Shown one piece after another: positions 36,646 to 49,500 of a stretch of 64,000 nucleotides of DNA (position 1 is its first letter; every line of letters begins with the position of its first letter). The translations under genes and the position numbers were made by a program. The DNA comes from Vicugna vicugna (taxonomy: Eukaryota). The notes below the pieces were generated by a model. The model searched no databases and was not told where the DNA came from. It was given only the letters and a program-made list of their open reading frames with translations. The stretch covers positions 570,753 through 634,752 of the forward strand of contig MU057560.1 in NCBI GenBank assembly GCA_013265495.1, written 5' to 3'.

Positions 36646-37679
36646 GAGCAGGGACTCAAGAGAGAGGACCCTGATTTCAAAGCAGCCAGCAATTCATTGC
36701 GGGATCTTGGAAAGCGGTTTACTCGCTTTGACTTTCAGCTGAATTTTGCACAAAGCCGCAGAGCCCTTCAGCCCTCCGAAATAACTTCGGATCACTGAAA
36801 TAGCCTCCAAGCGTTTTCCTTACAAATGCAAGCCTGCCTCTCAGAGACGCTCCTGCCTAAAATACTTGCCTCTTCTCTGTGGATATAGATAAGCACACGC
36901 ATAAAGGAAGAAATGCGGGAACAGATTTCTCACCCAGGAAACCCAGAGCTTTACATAGTAAGAAACGTTTTGCTTCCTGCTTCAAATGCTTCCTGGGGAA
37001 CTCATGCAGGCCGTGCGTGTGTGCATTCAACTCAACTGTTCTTAAACTCGCTCTGTTGTGCCGAGTGACAGCTTGGCATCTGGAGTTGCCTTCCTGAGAG
37101 AGCCCCCACTTCCCTGAAGTCCCATATGTGCGAAGTCTGGCTGGGTGCACCCACAGACTCCACGCCGTCTGGGGAGACCAAGGCTGGGTCTGCACTCACA
37201 GCCACTGGGTTTGTCCTAAGGGACACAGCTCCGTTCAGGAAGCAGGGAAGCTACTGCAGCAACTGGCTGGGAGGGAGGAAAGAGACATTTAGGTGAGAGA
37301 TTAGTCCCTGAAGTTTTCAGTGCCGAGGTCTACTCTGATGATCTCCAAGGGAAGGCAGAACTAAAGGCTTAGAAGTCCTTCCCCTTTGCTCCCCTCAGTT
37401 ACCAATTTATGAGTTTACCTTGAAATCAAGTCATCCTCAGGTTTTCTTACAGGGACTATTTGTCCGGCCATTGACCTTGAAACATCTTGCCGTGAGGGGC
37501 CATTTGGAACCCCGCATGATTTGAGCTACAAGCCTAAATGAGCGGGTGCCTTCCACTGGAAGAGCCTGCCGGCGTAAGCCTTTACCTTCTCAACTACTGC
37601 TGGGGACTCAGAGACCTGGTGCTGGGGACTCAGAGGCCTGGTCCTGAGGACAGCCGTCCTCCTTCAGCAAAAATAAAGC

Positions 37680-37970
37680 CGATCGTTGCGTTATTCCAGG
37701 AGCGCCGTGCGACCAAAAACTGTTCTCATCACAGGAGCAGCCGCCCGCAGCACCGCGGAAAGCCCCCTCCTTCAGCCTAACGCGGAGGACCGGCCGCCGC
37801 TCTGGGCCAACCTAGTCACGCCCTCCGCGGGGCCGGCGGTAAGAAGACGCACCTGGCGCGCAAGGCCAGGTCCGTGAACAGCAAGCGTCCCCAGGTCCCC
37901 AGGGCGCGGGGTCTCCCCCGCCTTCGGCAGAAGGCGCCCCCGGTGGCCTTGCCACTCCCCTTTTCCGCCT
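37680..37970. promoter_or_regulatory. Small CpG island
   Basis: About 30 CpGs in about 290 bp by hand count, high GC, no recognisable repeat. Confidence 0.65.
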
Positions 37971-38536
37971 CTCTGCAACCCAGGCTGGGCTCCACCTCTT
38001 CTAAGCTTTGTATGCAAAACACATTCTAGGCTCTGTGTGTTGGCACAGAGTTACTTGAAGGAAATAGAACCCAGGTGCCCAAAGTGCAGCACAGGTTTCT
38101 TTTCTAACAGCCACTTAATCTGACAGAAGCCCCAGAAACACGTCCGGTTCCTCACACAGCTTTACGCGGAGGTAAAACTGCACGCGAAAGTGCGCATTTT
38201 GCCCGTTTTCCATAATGAACAGGTATTGTTTTTAAGGTCAGAGGAAGGAAAGCATTGCTTTGAAATACCATATTTGGATTCAACAAAGATGTAAAAGACA
38301 TTAGTGACATTCTGGGTGTGGGGTCGATCTTGTACATATATTTAATCTAGTTTATTTTAAACTGCAGTTCTGCGGTAGTGGCATTTGCCTTTCTTCTTCT
38401 TCTTCCTTTTTGTTTTTTAATGAAGAGACTGAAGTAGTTTTTTCAAACAGCTGCTGTGTGTGGAGCTAGGACTCAGGTCAGCCCTGGCCCCTCAGTGCAG
38501 CCTCCCCACGTCCCCGCCGCCCCACAGCTCTGTCCC

Positions 38537-38699
38537 GGCTTCTCAAGCCTGCGTGTGCGTAGGAATGACCTGCGTCTTGTTAAATCACAGACTCTGATTC
38601 AGTGGCTCTGGATCTGGGGCGAGACCTGAGAATCGGCTTGTTGCCCGAGTTCCCAGGCAGCGTGGCTGGTCTCAAACCACGCTCCGTTTGCTCAGTACT
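38537..38699. mobile_element. MER5A-like DNA transposon fossil
   Basis: ggcttctcaagcctgcgtgtgcgtaggaatgacctg...cttgttaaat...ctctgattcagt...tctggggcgagacctgagaatc. Confidence 0.7.
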
Positions 38700-41600
38700 A
38701 CCTGCATTGCTAAATCAAACTTTTCAGAAATTTCAGTGTCTCTTAATTCTTAGTTTTCTGCTTGTAATTTCTGAACCTCCAGAATAGCCTCTATAATTTC
38801 AGGGAGCAATTACAGTACCCATTTTATCATTTAGGCAGCTGAGATTTCTCCAGTGAAAGTGGTTTCTCCAAGTTCCCACAACCAGTACGAGTGGATAAAA
38901 TACAGAGTCAAATACAACGCTTGAATTCCCTAGGTTCAAGTTATTTGCTACCAATGACCACAGGTCTACCAGACAGAGCTACCCTGAGAATTAACTGAGA
39001 CAGTGCAAATAAAGAACGGAAAAGTCTCAGAACGCTCCCCACCCCATAGGAAGCAGTTAATAAATGTTCGTACTTATCGTGGGTGTTGTAATAAACCAGA
39101 GACAGTGGACTAGAGGCAGTGCAGTCGCCACTGTCTGAGTTGTAGAGAATGATGAAACATAACGTGTGGAAAGAACTCAATATTTCACTGACAAATGCAC
39201 ACTGTACACAAGTGCATGGTGCGATGTCACTGCCTGGACACAGAAGCAGCCTTGGGTTCCATGAGAGGAAGTATGTCACTCTGGACCCTGGTCAGGAGCC
39301 AAGTCGGAAAGGTGTTGCGTGTTGACAGAGTGGACCCACTAACTTGTTTCCTGTGGCCCCACGGGGTTCAGCCTACCGTATTTACCTGTCAAATAATATA
39401 AAGAAGCCTCATGGGAACCAGTCCAGTTAGCTGAACTACGAAACGAATAAGCACCCACCGGCATAAATGCAGTCAACAGAGAGGAGACTAAACACAGTTA
39501 CAACCAGTGTTCATTTTGATTCGTTTGGTCAATGATGTTTATACTTTCCCATTTTAGGGAAAAATTGTTAGTAGTCTAGATTATCCAACACAGACTGCTG
39601 TGGAAGCAGAGTGCTGCTCCCTGTCACCGGGCACTGTCTGGGAGCCCTCGTACTCCAGGGAGATGGGGTATCAGGATGGGTTTTGGAAACGAATGCCCAG
39701 AAGGATCCTCTTACGTCTAAGATCCCTAACACACACTTTTTATTAGAACTAACAGCAAAAGGTAATCCTGCAGATCCGAAAACTAAGCAAACATAGCGAG
39801 ACCTTGTCCGCAGGGGTGTGAAAGGGAACGGGAGACGTTTGGGAAGGTCCTTGGGGGTAGCTGGGCCCTGGGCAGGGATTCTGAGGACGGGAAATACTAA
39901 AACACGTAGGAAGGGTTTTATGGTGACTGTCAATAACTCAGGCCCTGAATCTGAAAGTTTGTTTGTAGGTAATGTCTCCATTGTCGTGATTAATTTTGAA
40001 TGAAAACAGAAATTAGAACCAGTCAGAATTGTGCTTTCAAGCAGGATCACTTCTGTCGGCGGTCATCACGGGCAGTTATCAAATGAGGCATGAGTTAATG
40101 ACCTTTCATTCTTGCATATTTTGCGGTACTTTTTCAAATCCTTCTTGTGTAACAGAGAAGCGAGGGAAACTGTCTAGCTTTCAGTCTCCCAAAATGCTGG
40201 GGATAAAATTGACTCTTATTTTTAATAATTAACAGCCAAGCACTCCCTTTTAGAGATCTTCGCATTTTTTTTTTTTTGGTAAGTTTTGAATGAATATCTG
40301 TCATGTGCCTAAAAGGACATGTTTAAATGGTTGTTAAAGTTCTCTGCTTTCAATTAAAACAAAGAACAAAAAAGCTGAACCTAAGTATGATTACCACTAT
40401 ATTTCATGGTCATTAGTACTAAACAGCCTTAATAAGAACATGCACTAAAAATGTCCCCTTCCTAACGTTTGTGAAAGCAACGCCTTCAATAGCAGCCAAA
40501 GGCTTTTTAAGTAATACAAAGCCTTTTAGTATTCACGGCATGCTCTTCTGTTTTCACAAGGAAAAATAAGAAATGATATTTTAAGTCTGCAGAGTAGAAT
40601 ACCTTTTACATACTCAATATGCAGTTCTCTCAAGTTTGTGCCTCCACCCCACCAAACACTAAATTTAATAGGCTGCAGTGTGGTGAAACACAGATTCTTG
40701 GATCTGACTCATTCTGATCGCTTTTGAAAATTAGGCATTCAGAAATAGATTATGGGTAAAACTTGATTTCACCTTGCATTATAGAATTATAAAAAAGAAG
40801 ACAAGGGTTTTTGTTTGTTTCTTGGAATTTCACTTTTTTTTAAGCACTGGATAAAACATTTGGGATCTGCTACACCGGCCTTGCAGGAAGATGCTTGCTT
40901 TTTGACAATTCTGAAAGTCTGGACTGTGTCCACTTCACATGTGTGACTCCCTCTGGCTAATTCACAATTCCCTGTTGATGACTGACTGTGTTTCTTGCAT
41001 CCTGACTGTGTAGCTTAGTATGTTGCTGATGTGCTTTTAAACATCCCTGAACACGGGGTAAGTTTTGTAACGCAGTTATAAAGCCAATTATTGCAATTTC
41101 AGTGACTTGAAGCACACAATGCAGAGGTCAGTGGTGGTACGTTACCAAATGTGGCCCTTAGGGGGCTGGCCAAGTCCGTCTCTCTCTCGCCCTTCCCCTG
41201 TGCCCACCTGTTCTCTGACTGCTCCTTCTCACACTTGCCTCTTTTCCTTACACATACTACTTTTTCATCCCCCTGTTCATATGTCTCCTCTTTCACATCT
41301 CAGCTCCAGGGTTGTCTCCAGGAATCCCAGGAACCAGCTTCCATCCTACCACACCATCCCTGAACTGGTGGTGTCCTGTGTCTCTGCCCGCAAGGTCTGT
41401 GCCTTCTGGGACTTCATTGTAGGGAACGCGCTGAAACCACGAGTCACTAGACTCTCCCCCGCCCCGCCCCCACTGCTCTGTGAGCAGCTGGAGGACAGGT
41501 GCAAGGCTAATGCTTACCCCCAGGGACTGCTAGCTACACATTTGGAGTTTTGTTTTAAAATAAGAAGACTTAGAAACTCTTTGGCTGTGTGTCTTCACTT

Positions 41601-42898
41601 GCAGAATTATCAGTTTGGCCAGTATTCTACTAGGTTGTTATAAGGATGAAATGAATAACATTTTTTTTGAGATCTCATTTAAAAATTCCTTTAATAACAG
41701 ATTTGCTGTCTTCACAAGCTCTTTGATGTGAATTGAAAACATTTTTGACAATGTCTTGTTTATAATTCACAATTCGTTAAGAACCAAGACTAACATAAAT
41801 GTTCAAGCTTTATTTCATTAGTCTTGGGCATTTTTTTGTCTGAAAAAAAGGAGATATATATATACATATATATATATATAAGGCTAAGAAATAAGTGGCA
41901 TGCCTGTGGACCCACAAGCTTCCTGTAGAAGAGGAGGCTGGAGGACCCACTCAAGCCCCTCCCTCCCCAAACTCTCCCTCCACCCCCAGTGTCTACAACC
42001 TTCCATGCACGGGCAGCATGTCGCCGCATGGTGCCCCTTCCCCGTGCCTGGTTGTTGTTCAGCTGGATCAGTACCGCTTGGAGAAAACAAGCTCTCTTTT
42101 TACTTAGCAATTCGGACAACTCACATAGCGTAGTTTTGGAATTGCTCTTTGCAGTGGATGGGAAAAATAGTGAAATAAGTTGATAATGTGTGTAGGTGTA
42201 CGTGTGTGCATATCAAATAAGGAAGAGCTTCTGCAAGGAAAACGGGATCTTTGGCTGGTACCATCATGATAAATTTTCCTAACAAATGTTAGAAACGATT
42301 TTTTTTCTTTCAAGTTATTCCTTGTTCTTATAAAAAAAATATATAAGGACTGCATGGATGCACAAGAGCTTCAGGCAGAAAATGAGCCAATTGTGAAGAT
42401 GCCTGAAGATCCATAAACTGCAAGACAAGTGAAGCCAATCACGGATGCCAGATGCTAGCCACTAACTGGAAGGCAGGCGAGGTTCTGGGCCGGAGTATTT
42501 GGACACACTGTAGGCGGTCGAGGTTTCAGTGTCTGACACTATATCAAGCAAAGGAATAGCTCCACATGTGTTCTGAGATTAATCTGGCCCCTGGAATTTA
42601 TTTTTGCTTGGTTTTGGTAAAATGGCCCCTTTAACAAAAAAGACTCAACTTTACTGAGACATAATTTGCATAATTTACGTAGCACACACATTTTGAGTGT
42701 ATAGTTTGATGAGTTTAGACAAATACATGCATGTGCATTGACGATCGCTCCCAAAAAGATACAAAGCACTTCCATCACTCAGGAAGTTCTCTCTTGCTCC
42801 TCTGCGGTCAGCCCTCCCTGTCCTCGTAACGTCGGTGATCAGATTTCTATCACACTCACTGTTACAACAGGTTGATTTTGCCTCTTTTAGCATTTCAC

Positions 42899-43443
42899 AT
42901 TAATGGAACCATAGCACACATTCTCTTATTTCTGGCCTCTTCCACTCGATCTGTTTCAGAGATACATCTCTATTTTAGCGTGTGTCCATTTTTTTGTCCG
43001 TTTTGCTGCTGGGTTGACGATCACACCACAGACTGGCCGTTGGCCTGTTGGTGGGTCAGTGCCTTTCTGTTTTTCAATTACTATGAGTAAGGTTGGTGTG
43101 GGCACGTATGTCCTCGTCTTCTGGTGAACGTGTGTTTGCAGTTATCTCAGGTAAGTGCTTGGTGGTGGAATATTAATGGAATCATAACACACATTCTCTT
43201 ATTTCTGGCCTCTTCCACTCGATCTGTTTTAGAGATACATCTCTGTTGTAGCGTGTGTCCATTTCTTTTCCGTTTTGCTGCTGGGTTGACGATCACACCA
43301 CAGACTGGCCGTTAGCCTGTTGGTGGGTCAGTGCATTTCTGTTTTTCAATTACTATGGGTAAGGTTGGTGTGGGCACATATGTCCTAGTCTTCTTGTGAA
43401 CGTGTGTTTGCAGTTATCTCAGGTAAGTGCTTGGTGGTGGAGT
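42899..43443. repeat. Two-copy tandem duplication, unit about 273 bp, about 95% identical
   Basis: Units start attaatggaa at 42899 and 43172; about 15 differences by hand alignment. Confidence 0.95.
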
Positions 43444-43462
43444 TACTGGGTTATACGGTAAG

Positions 43463-44013
43463 TATGGCAGACAGAACTCCGCAGACTGCCCCAGGCCTCC
43501 CTGCCCCCTGGACTGCACGGCCCTGTAGTCCCTTCCTCTGAGTGGCAGCAGGACCTGGGAATGATAGATGTCATTTCCATGACTGGGTCACAAAGATGCA
43601 AGACTTTGAAGCTGTCGTTAAAACTTTGGATCAGTTGACGTTCAGTCAATTAGCAGAGAGATCTCCCGGGTGGGCCTAACCTAATCTGGCAAGCCTTTTA
43701 AAAGAGGCTCTGGGGTAAGAAACTGGCCTCCTGGCCTCAAAGAAGCAAGACACCAAGACCTGTACCGCTGCAAGGAAATTAACTCCTTGCAACAGCCACG
43801 TGAGCTTGGGAGTGGACCCAGAACCTCAGATGAGACCTCAGCCCCGGGTGACAACTTGACTGAAGCCTTCCAAGTGGTGGACCAGGGTGAAGCATTGCCT
43901 GGATTCCTAGTGTGTGGAAACTGTGAGATAATAAATGTGAGTCAGTTTAACTTGCTAAATTTGCAGTAATTTGTCACACAGAAGCAAAAACAAACAAACA
44001 AAAAGCGAATATA
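43463..44013 (+). mobile_element. MLT1E-like solo LTR
   Basis: tatggcagacagaactcc...gaaactgtgagataataaatgtg...tgctaaatttgcagtaatttgtcacacag; 5-bp flanks gtaag/ataag. Confidence 0.82.
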
Positions 44014-45984
44014 ATAAGTACATTCATCTTTTTATAAATACTTCTCAACTTTTCTTAGATACAGTTGACCATTTTACAGTGCCAAGTTCAGCGTATCGGA
44101 GTTCAAGTTTTTCCATATGCTCAGCAGGATTTGATACAGGTGTCTTTTCATTTTATCCATTCAAGTAAGTGTGTACTAGCCTGGCCCTGTGGCTTTCATC
44201 TAGATTTCCCTCTTTTTATTTTTTCTGTCTTCTCTTAACAATGTCTTATAGTCATTTTTGCAGAGGTCTTAAACATCTTTCATAAAATGTATTCCTAAGT
44301 ATGACGGAGGATATTGTAAATGGCGTTTTATGTTTCATTTTCCCCTTGTTTAAGTTTTGGTTATTAACCATTATCTTGCAAGCTTGACAAATCCATTGTT
44401 TGTCCTAAAAAATTCCTTAGAGGTCCCCCATAGACAATCATGCCGTCTGCGAAATAATTGTGCCTTTATTTCTTTTTCTTGCCTTATTACAATTGCTGTG
44501 GCTCACAGGAAGCAGTGAGAGTTAATGCCCAAAGCTCGCACGCAGTCTCTGGAGGAATGTATCTAGTCTTTTACCAGTGAGTGCAGTAGTACACGTGTTC
44601 TTGTAGATGCTCCTTTTTTCAGCTGGGTGAAGTTCTCTTCTCTTCATACTTGTCTGATAATTTTCTTTTCATGAATGGATAGGCTGTAGACTTGTAATGC
44701 TGCATATAGATACATTTATGGAATGTATACATTTATGGAATTCAGTGAGCTCAGAAATAACAATCCATCTCACAACTATTTGAAGGTATCAATCCGAAGA
44801 GCATTGTGCTTTTAAAAATGGCCTGTGGCATCCCGAACTCACTTATGTTGTACTAGCTACTAATTCAGTAAGGTGCTCCTTTTATGTGGATCTAGTAACA
44901 TGAACAATGAGTTCGAACAATTATGGTACTTATTTAAGGATGAGAATTTGGTACGTTTCTAGAGAGTTTCCCTACTTCTATTTTCTCAACACATTAATCC
45001 GTACCACACATCAATTAAACAAACAAACAAACAAAAAACAATCCTTTGTTCATCCAGTCCCTTCAGCCAAGCTTGTGGTTTGTAAGGTAAATAAGGAAGT
45101 TACCAGTGCTTACAAGTGCAGACAGGATGTTCTGCAGCCTCAGGTCACCCGGGAGGCAAGGTACTAGTTGATGTTGCATATATTTTTTCACACAATAATT
45201 ACATAAATTAAATATCTTCATGTAACTTTCTACATAGAGTACTGGTCCCACATGATAAATTACAAGAGCTGCAGGTGAAGGAGCTACTTGCCAGACAGGA
45301 CTACGCCGTGAGCTCACTGCTTAGAATTCACAAACCGAGCTCAGATGGAGGTGCTTCACCCATAAGAGAATTCATTGCTCTCAAATGATTCTTGTTAGAG
45401 AAAACTGAGCCTCCATTCATTAATTTGGTTCATTTCCGACAATGATTGTCTTAGACTCTTCCAGGCTCAGAGAGCACCCGAGTTTGCACCACACCAGGGC
45501 GGTCACGGCAGAAGCAGTGACGTCCGGGGTCTGTGCCTGAGGAGGACGCATCTGGGACAGAAGAGCCTGCCTCGGCCCCAGACTCGCCAACCTTTCTTTT
45601 GAGTATGGACCACTTTTTGCTTAATGCAATGAAATTAGAACTGTGTGTCCTTTATCCTCAGTCCTGAGAAATTCCAAGGAGCAGAACTGGAGACAACTGG
45701 TCCGGCAGATCACCTGTCCTGGAAGACAGCCAGCCAACAAGCACAGTGGGATCCCCACTCCAAGAGGCTGGGGCTCTGGACATAGAGATGTAGGTACCAC
45801 CTACAGCAGGAATGTTGGTGAAGCACCCTGCAGCCTTGTTCATTCCAACCCAGGTCTTCACTTACAGGGCAATCTGATTCAGCAGGCACTTTGGGTGATT
45901 AAAGATAGACCTAGACCATGGACTTTTTAAAAATATTTTTTAGCAGCAAAGGTCCAATTTTTTTATTCATTTTTAATTGATTCA

Positions 45985-46085
45985 GTCTCTCTCTCTCTCT
46001 CTCTGTATATATATATGTGTATATATATACACACACACACACACATATCATTGTCAGAAATGAACCAAATATATATAATATATAT

Positions 46086-46116
<31 letters not shown>
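45985..46116. repeat. Compound (TC)/(TA)/(CA) microsatellite at an L1 3' UTR
   Basis: Directly visible dinucleotide runs. Confidence 0.9.
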
Positions 46117-46500
46117 ATTTTTTAGGTTATTTTCCTTTATAAACTATTACAAGATATTGAGGACAGTTCCCTGTGCTATATAGTAGGTCCTTGTTGTTTA
46201 TCTATTTTATATACAGTAGTGTGTATCTGCTAATCTCAAACTCCTAATTTATCCCTCCCCCATTTCCACTTTGGTGACCGTAAGTTCATTTTCTATGACT
46301 GTGAGTCTATTACTGTTTTGTAAATAAGTTTTTTGATTCCACATATAAGTGATACCATTGGTATTCCTCTTTCTCTAGCTGATGTACTTCACTTAATAGG
46401 ATAATCTCTGGGTCCATCTATATTGCTGCAAATGGTGCTATTTCATTCATTTTTGTGGCTGAGTAATATTCCAGTGTGTGTGTGTGTATACACGTATCTC
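46110..46500 (-). mobile_element. L1 3' UTR (cetartiodactyl type)
   Basis: ttacaagatattgaggacagttccctgtgctatatagtaggtccttgttg...gattccacatataagtgatacc. Confidence 0.9.
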
Positions 46501-46509
46501 TTTACAGTA

Positions 46510-46590
46510 TTCTCTCTGTAACCTTGGGCAAGTTATCTAACGTCTCTGTGCCTCAAGTTGCTAATGCATAAAATAGAGATTAATATATTT
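46510..46590 (+). mobile_element. MIR core fragment
   Basis: ctgtaaccttgggcaagttatctaacgtctctgtgcctcaagttgctaatgcataaaatagagattaata. Confidence 0.75.
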
Positions 46591-47949
46591 GCCAGGATGA
46601 AATGTTAAGTGTTGGACATACCATATGGACTCACAAATATCACATGGAAATAAAATATCAGCCATTAGAATCATCTACGTGGTCACCCTTCCTGATCTAA
46701 CCCTAATAGTCACCATATTGTTAGTAGATTTATTTTTCTAATAAGGAAATTAAGCAGCTTATTCAGAATCACGAGGGTTATTATGCAGTGGAGGCAGATT
46801 TTCCAGCCTCAGATTCCTTCTCCCACAGCCCGCTGGGGAGAGGAGAAAGGGTGACCTCAGGAAAAGACAGGTGGCCAGCCAGCAGCGGATTCACATGGCG
46901 CAGAACTGGCTCTGCACCGAGGGTCAGTTGCACTCAGGGCCCTTTGCGAAGCACCAACTAGCATGCTAGCCTTGAGTCCTGGACTTGTGCCCCTTTCCCA
47001 CTGGGCCCGGCCTGGCAGAGACGGTCTTGAGATAAAACGAGAATGCCCCAGCTCTCCAGTCACGTGCATTTAGTAAATCGCCCAGGGTACATGGGCGAGA
47101 CACCCCATAACGTCCCGCTTGTGGGACGAAGCTCTGCCCCGTCAGGCCCTGGCTGATGTCCGGACACCCAAGCCACGGAGACGTAACGTGTGAGGGAATC
47201 TTGCCTCGAAGATGTGGCTGAGATAGCCGGCCTACAGAGGAATCACCAGACTCAGGGCTGATCCGAAACACAGCACAGAACGTGGCTGCGGAGGGACCTC
47301 TCCTGGGACCCTCACTCCGACCGCTGTTCAGGGCTGTGCACGAGAATGTGTGATGGGCAGGGTCGGGGTGGGGGGGCTGGTAGCTCACTTTCTAGCAGAT
47401 CTAACAAAAAGCAGCTCTCAAGTATGATGGGCCAAACTCTTACGTTTGGGGACTGGAAGGTTGGGATGTCTCAAACACCCTGCTCCCCCCAACATGTGTG
47501 TTCAAACCAGTCAGATGACATGGAAACCGCGTGAGGGATGAGAAAATGCTCCGGCCCGAGCGACCTCTAGAGAGCCTGTGGTCCAGCGTCCCCGCGGTGA
47601 AGATGAGGGCGTGGTCCCGGGTGAGAGGGTGATGTGCCTGATGCGAAGTGAAGGTGGTTTTACCAACCAGGACTCCAAATCCAGCAAGGTTCTATTGCTT
47701 CGCTTTGTTAACGATGCTGCAGGAAATTGGAAACCATCTGTGTTACTAAAATTTGTGAATAGGTTGACAGAGAAACACGTTGTCCAACTGCTCCGCAGAT
47801 AAGGTGGGAAAAGATGGATGTGGGTAAGAAGCGGTGGACTTCAGGGGGGAAGAAAGATGACCCATCCTGTATTAAGAATTGTCCAACATCTGGGCTTCCC
47901 TTTTCTTAACCTGGACAAACCACTGCCCCTCTCCAGGCTCAATTTTCCA

Positions 47950-48202
47950 GGGGTGGGAGGGATAAACCAGGAGTGTGAGATTAGCAGAGAAACGTTGCTA
48001 TAAATAAGATTGATAAACAGCAAGGACCTGCTGTAGAGCAGAGGGAAGTGTCTCCGATGCCCTGTAATAACATGTAATGGAGAAGAATCTGAAAAAAAAA
48101 TGTGTGTGTGCCTGAATTGCTTTGCTGCACACCTGAAACTAACATTATAAATCAACTACACTCCAATAAAAAATAAAAACTAAAATTAAAAATGTAAAAA
48201 AA
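47950..48202 (+). mobile_element. L1 3' end (cetartiodactyl type)
   Basis: gggataaaccaggagtgtgagattagcag...gctgcacacctgaaactaacattataaatcaactacactccaataaaaaa. Confidence 0.9.
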
Positions 48203-48439
48203 TGCAATGACATAAAGGGAGTCATAACTGTACAGCCTCTAACATCCCCTCCCTGTTTGAAAAGGCTCCCGTCTCTAGTGAGATGACAGGGGACATAGAA
48301 GAAACCAAGAACAGAAGAAGGGAAGACACGCGGAGGGGAGAGAAGCAGATGCTTGTAGCCAGCACCCACCCGGGTCGTGTTTCCCTCTTTCTCTGAAGCC
48401 AAGAGACCCTCCGAGGGCATGAACGGTGGCAGCCGCGCC

Positions 48440-48905
48440 CGGGGATTTCCCAGGGGTCGCGAGCCGTGAAGGGACCCATAGCTTCCCACTTCCAGCAGGT
48501 GGCTTCGAGGGCAGGCCCCGGAAGGACTGGGTGACACGGACACGGGAACGCAGCTGCACCCTGCCTAGAAGGAAGCGGCAGGGCCTGCGGTGGCAGCTGT
48601 GCCCTGGGCCCGTCCTTCCTGCGTCCCTCTGCATAGTCCCGTGGCCTTGGGAGCGGTCGGCACTCCTGGGCGGGGGCACAGGTGCCTCTGGCTGTGACCT
48701 GGCGAGAGGTCTTGGGAGTGAGTGTCCCTCAGTATTTATAGCTGCCCCCCAGTTATTTGTTGTCTCCTTGGGCTGGACAAAGCGCTTCCATCGCAAGACA
48801 ATTCCGGTGCCTAGCCCCCAGCAGAGGCCAGGGCAGAATGCGCCCCGGGTCCGCTCCACCTGCTGTCACTGCAGGCACACGTGTTTACACCTCCTTCCCC
48901 GCCCC
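48440..48905 (-). promoter_or_regulatory. Candidate TATA-containing promoter/enhancer
   Basis: Minus-strand TATAAATA at 48740-48733; upstream E-boxes (48857, 48878), FOX site (48882), GC box (48897); kB site GGGGATTTCCC at 48441. Confidence 0.4.
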
Positions 48906-49389
48906 TGGGCCGGTGGGAGGACCGGAGGGCTCTCCGGCCCCTGGAAGAGCTGGCCCTGCCCGACACCCACACACACCCACCGCGTGGCGAGAGCATGCGT
49001 CAGCTCTGCGGCATCAGGACCTCCAGGAAAAACTGCCGTCGTGTCTGTGTCTCACCCCCATCTGCCACATGCTGGCCGACCAGAGCAGCCCACCCGCTTG
49101 TACAGACAGGGCTGGCCAGCGCCGCGTTCCTCTGAAGGCGTGAGCCTGACACCCTCAGAGTCGGCATCCCTGTTGTTCAGAGATGCTGCGTCCAGTCCGA
49201 ACACCAGCTGACAACTGCAGAGAATTACATCACAGCCCAAACCTATGTCTCAGCAGGAGGTGGGCACTGGATTTCAAAGACAGCCTTACAGGGGTCTCTG
49301 CCCCACAAGTTCTCTGCACTGAACCAAACCTCCTGTCACAGGAAGATCTGGATTATTGTTCTAAATGCCTAACCTGATAAGCAGCTTCT

Positions 49390-49500
49390 AGAACTTGGAA
49401 ACCCACAGCTGTTTGGTGCTCCGTTTCCTCACTTCTAAGCTGAAAGAAATTCTAACTAGGTGATTCCAAGGAGCCTTTTAGGGTGGAAATCCTATGATTT
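49390..49500 (+). mobile_element. MIR3-like fragment
   Basis: gctccgtttcctcacttctaag...aactaggtgattccaaggagccttttag...aatcctatgatt. Confidence 0.55.

Larger units (their letters stand above)
42645..44680 (-). mobile_element. Old L1ME-like LINE, interrupted by a tandem duplication and an MLT1 insertion
   Basis: aactttactgagacataattt...ttttgagtgtatagtttgatgagtttagacaaat; L1 sequence resumes after 44019 (gaccattttacagtgccaag; agacaatcatgccgtctgcgaaata). Confidence 0.8.

Noticed and set aside
48426..49211. 261-aa plus-strand ORF
   Set aside because: GTG start, Pro/Arg/Gly-rich composition typical of GC-rich non-coding DNA, no recognisable domain
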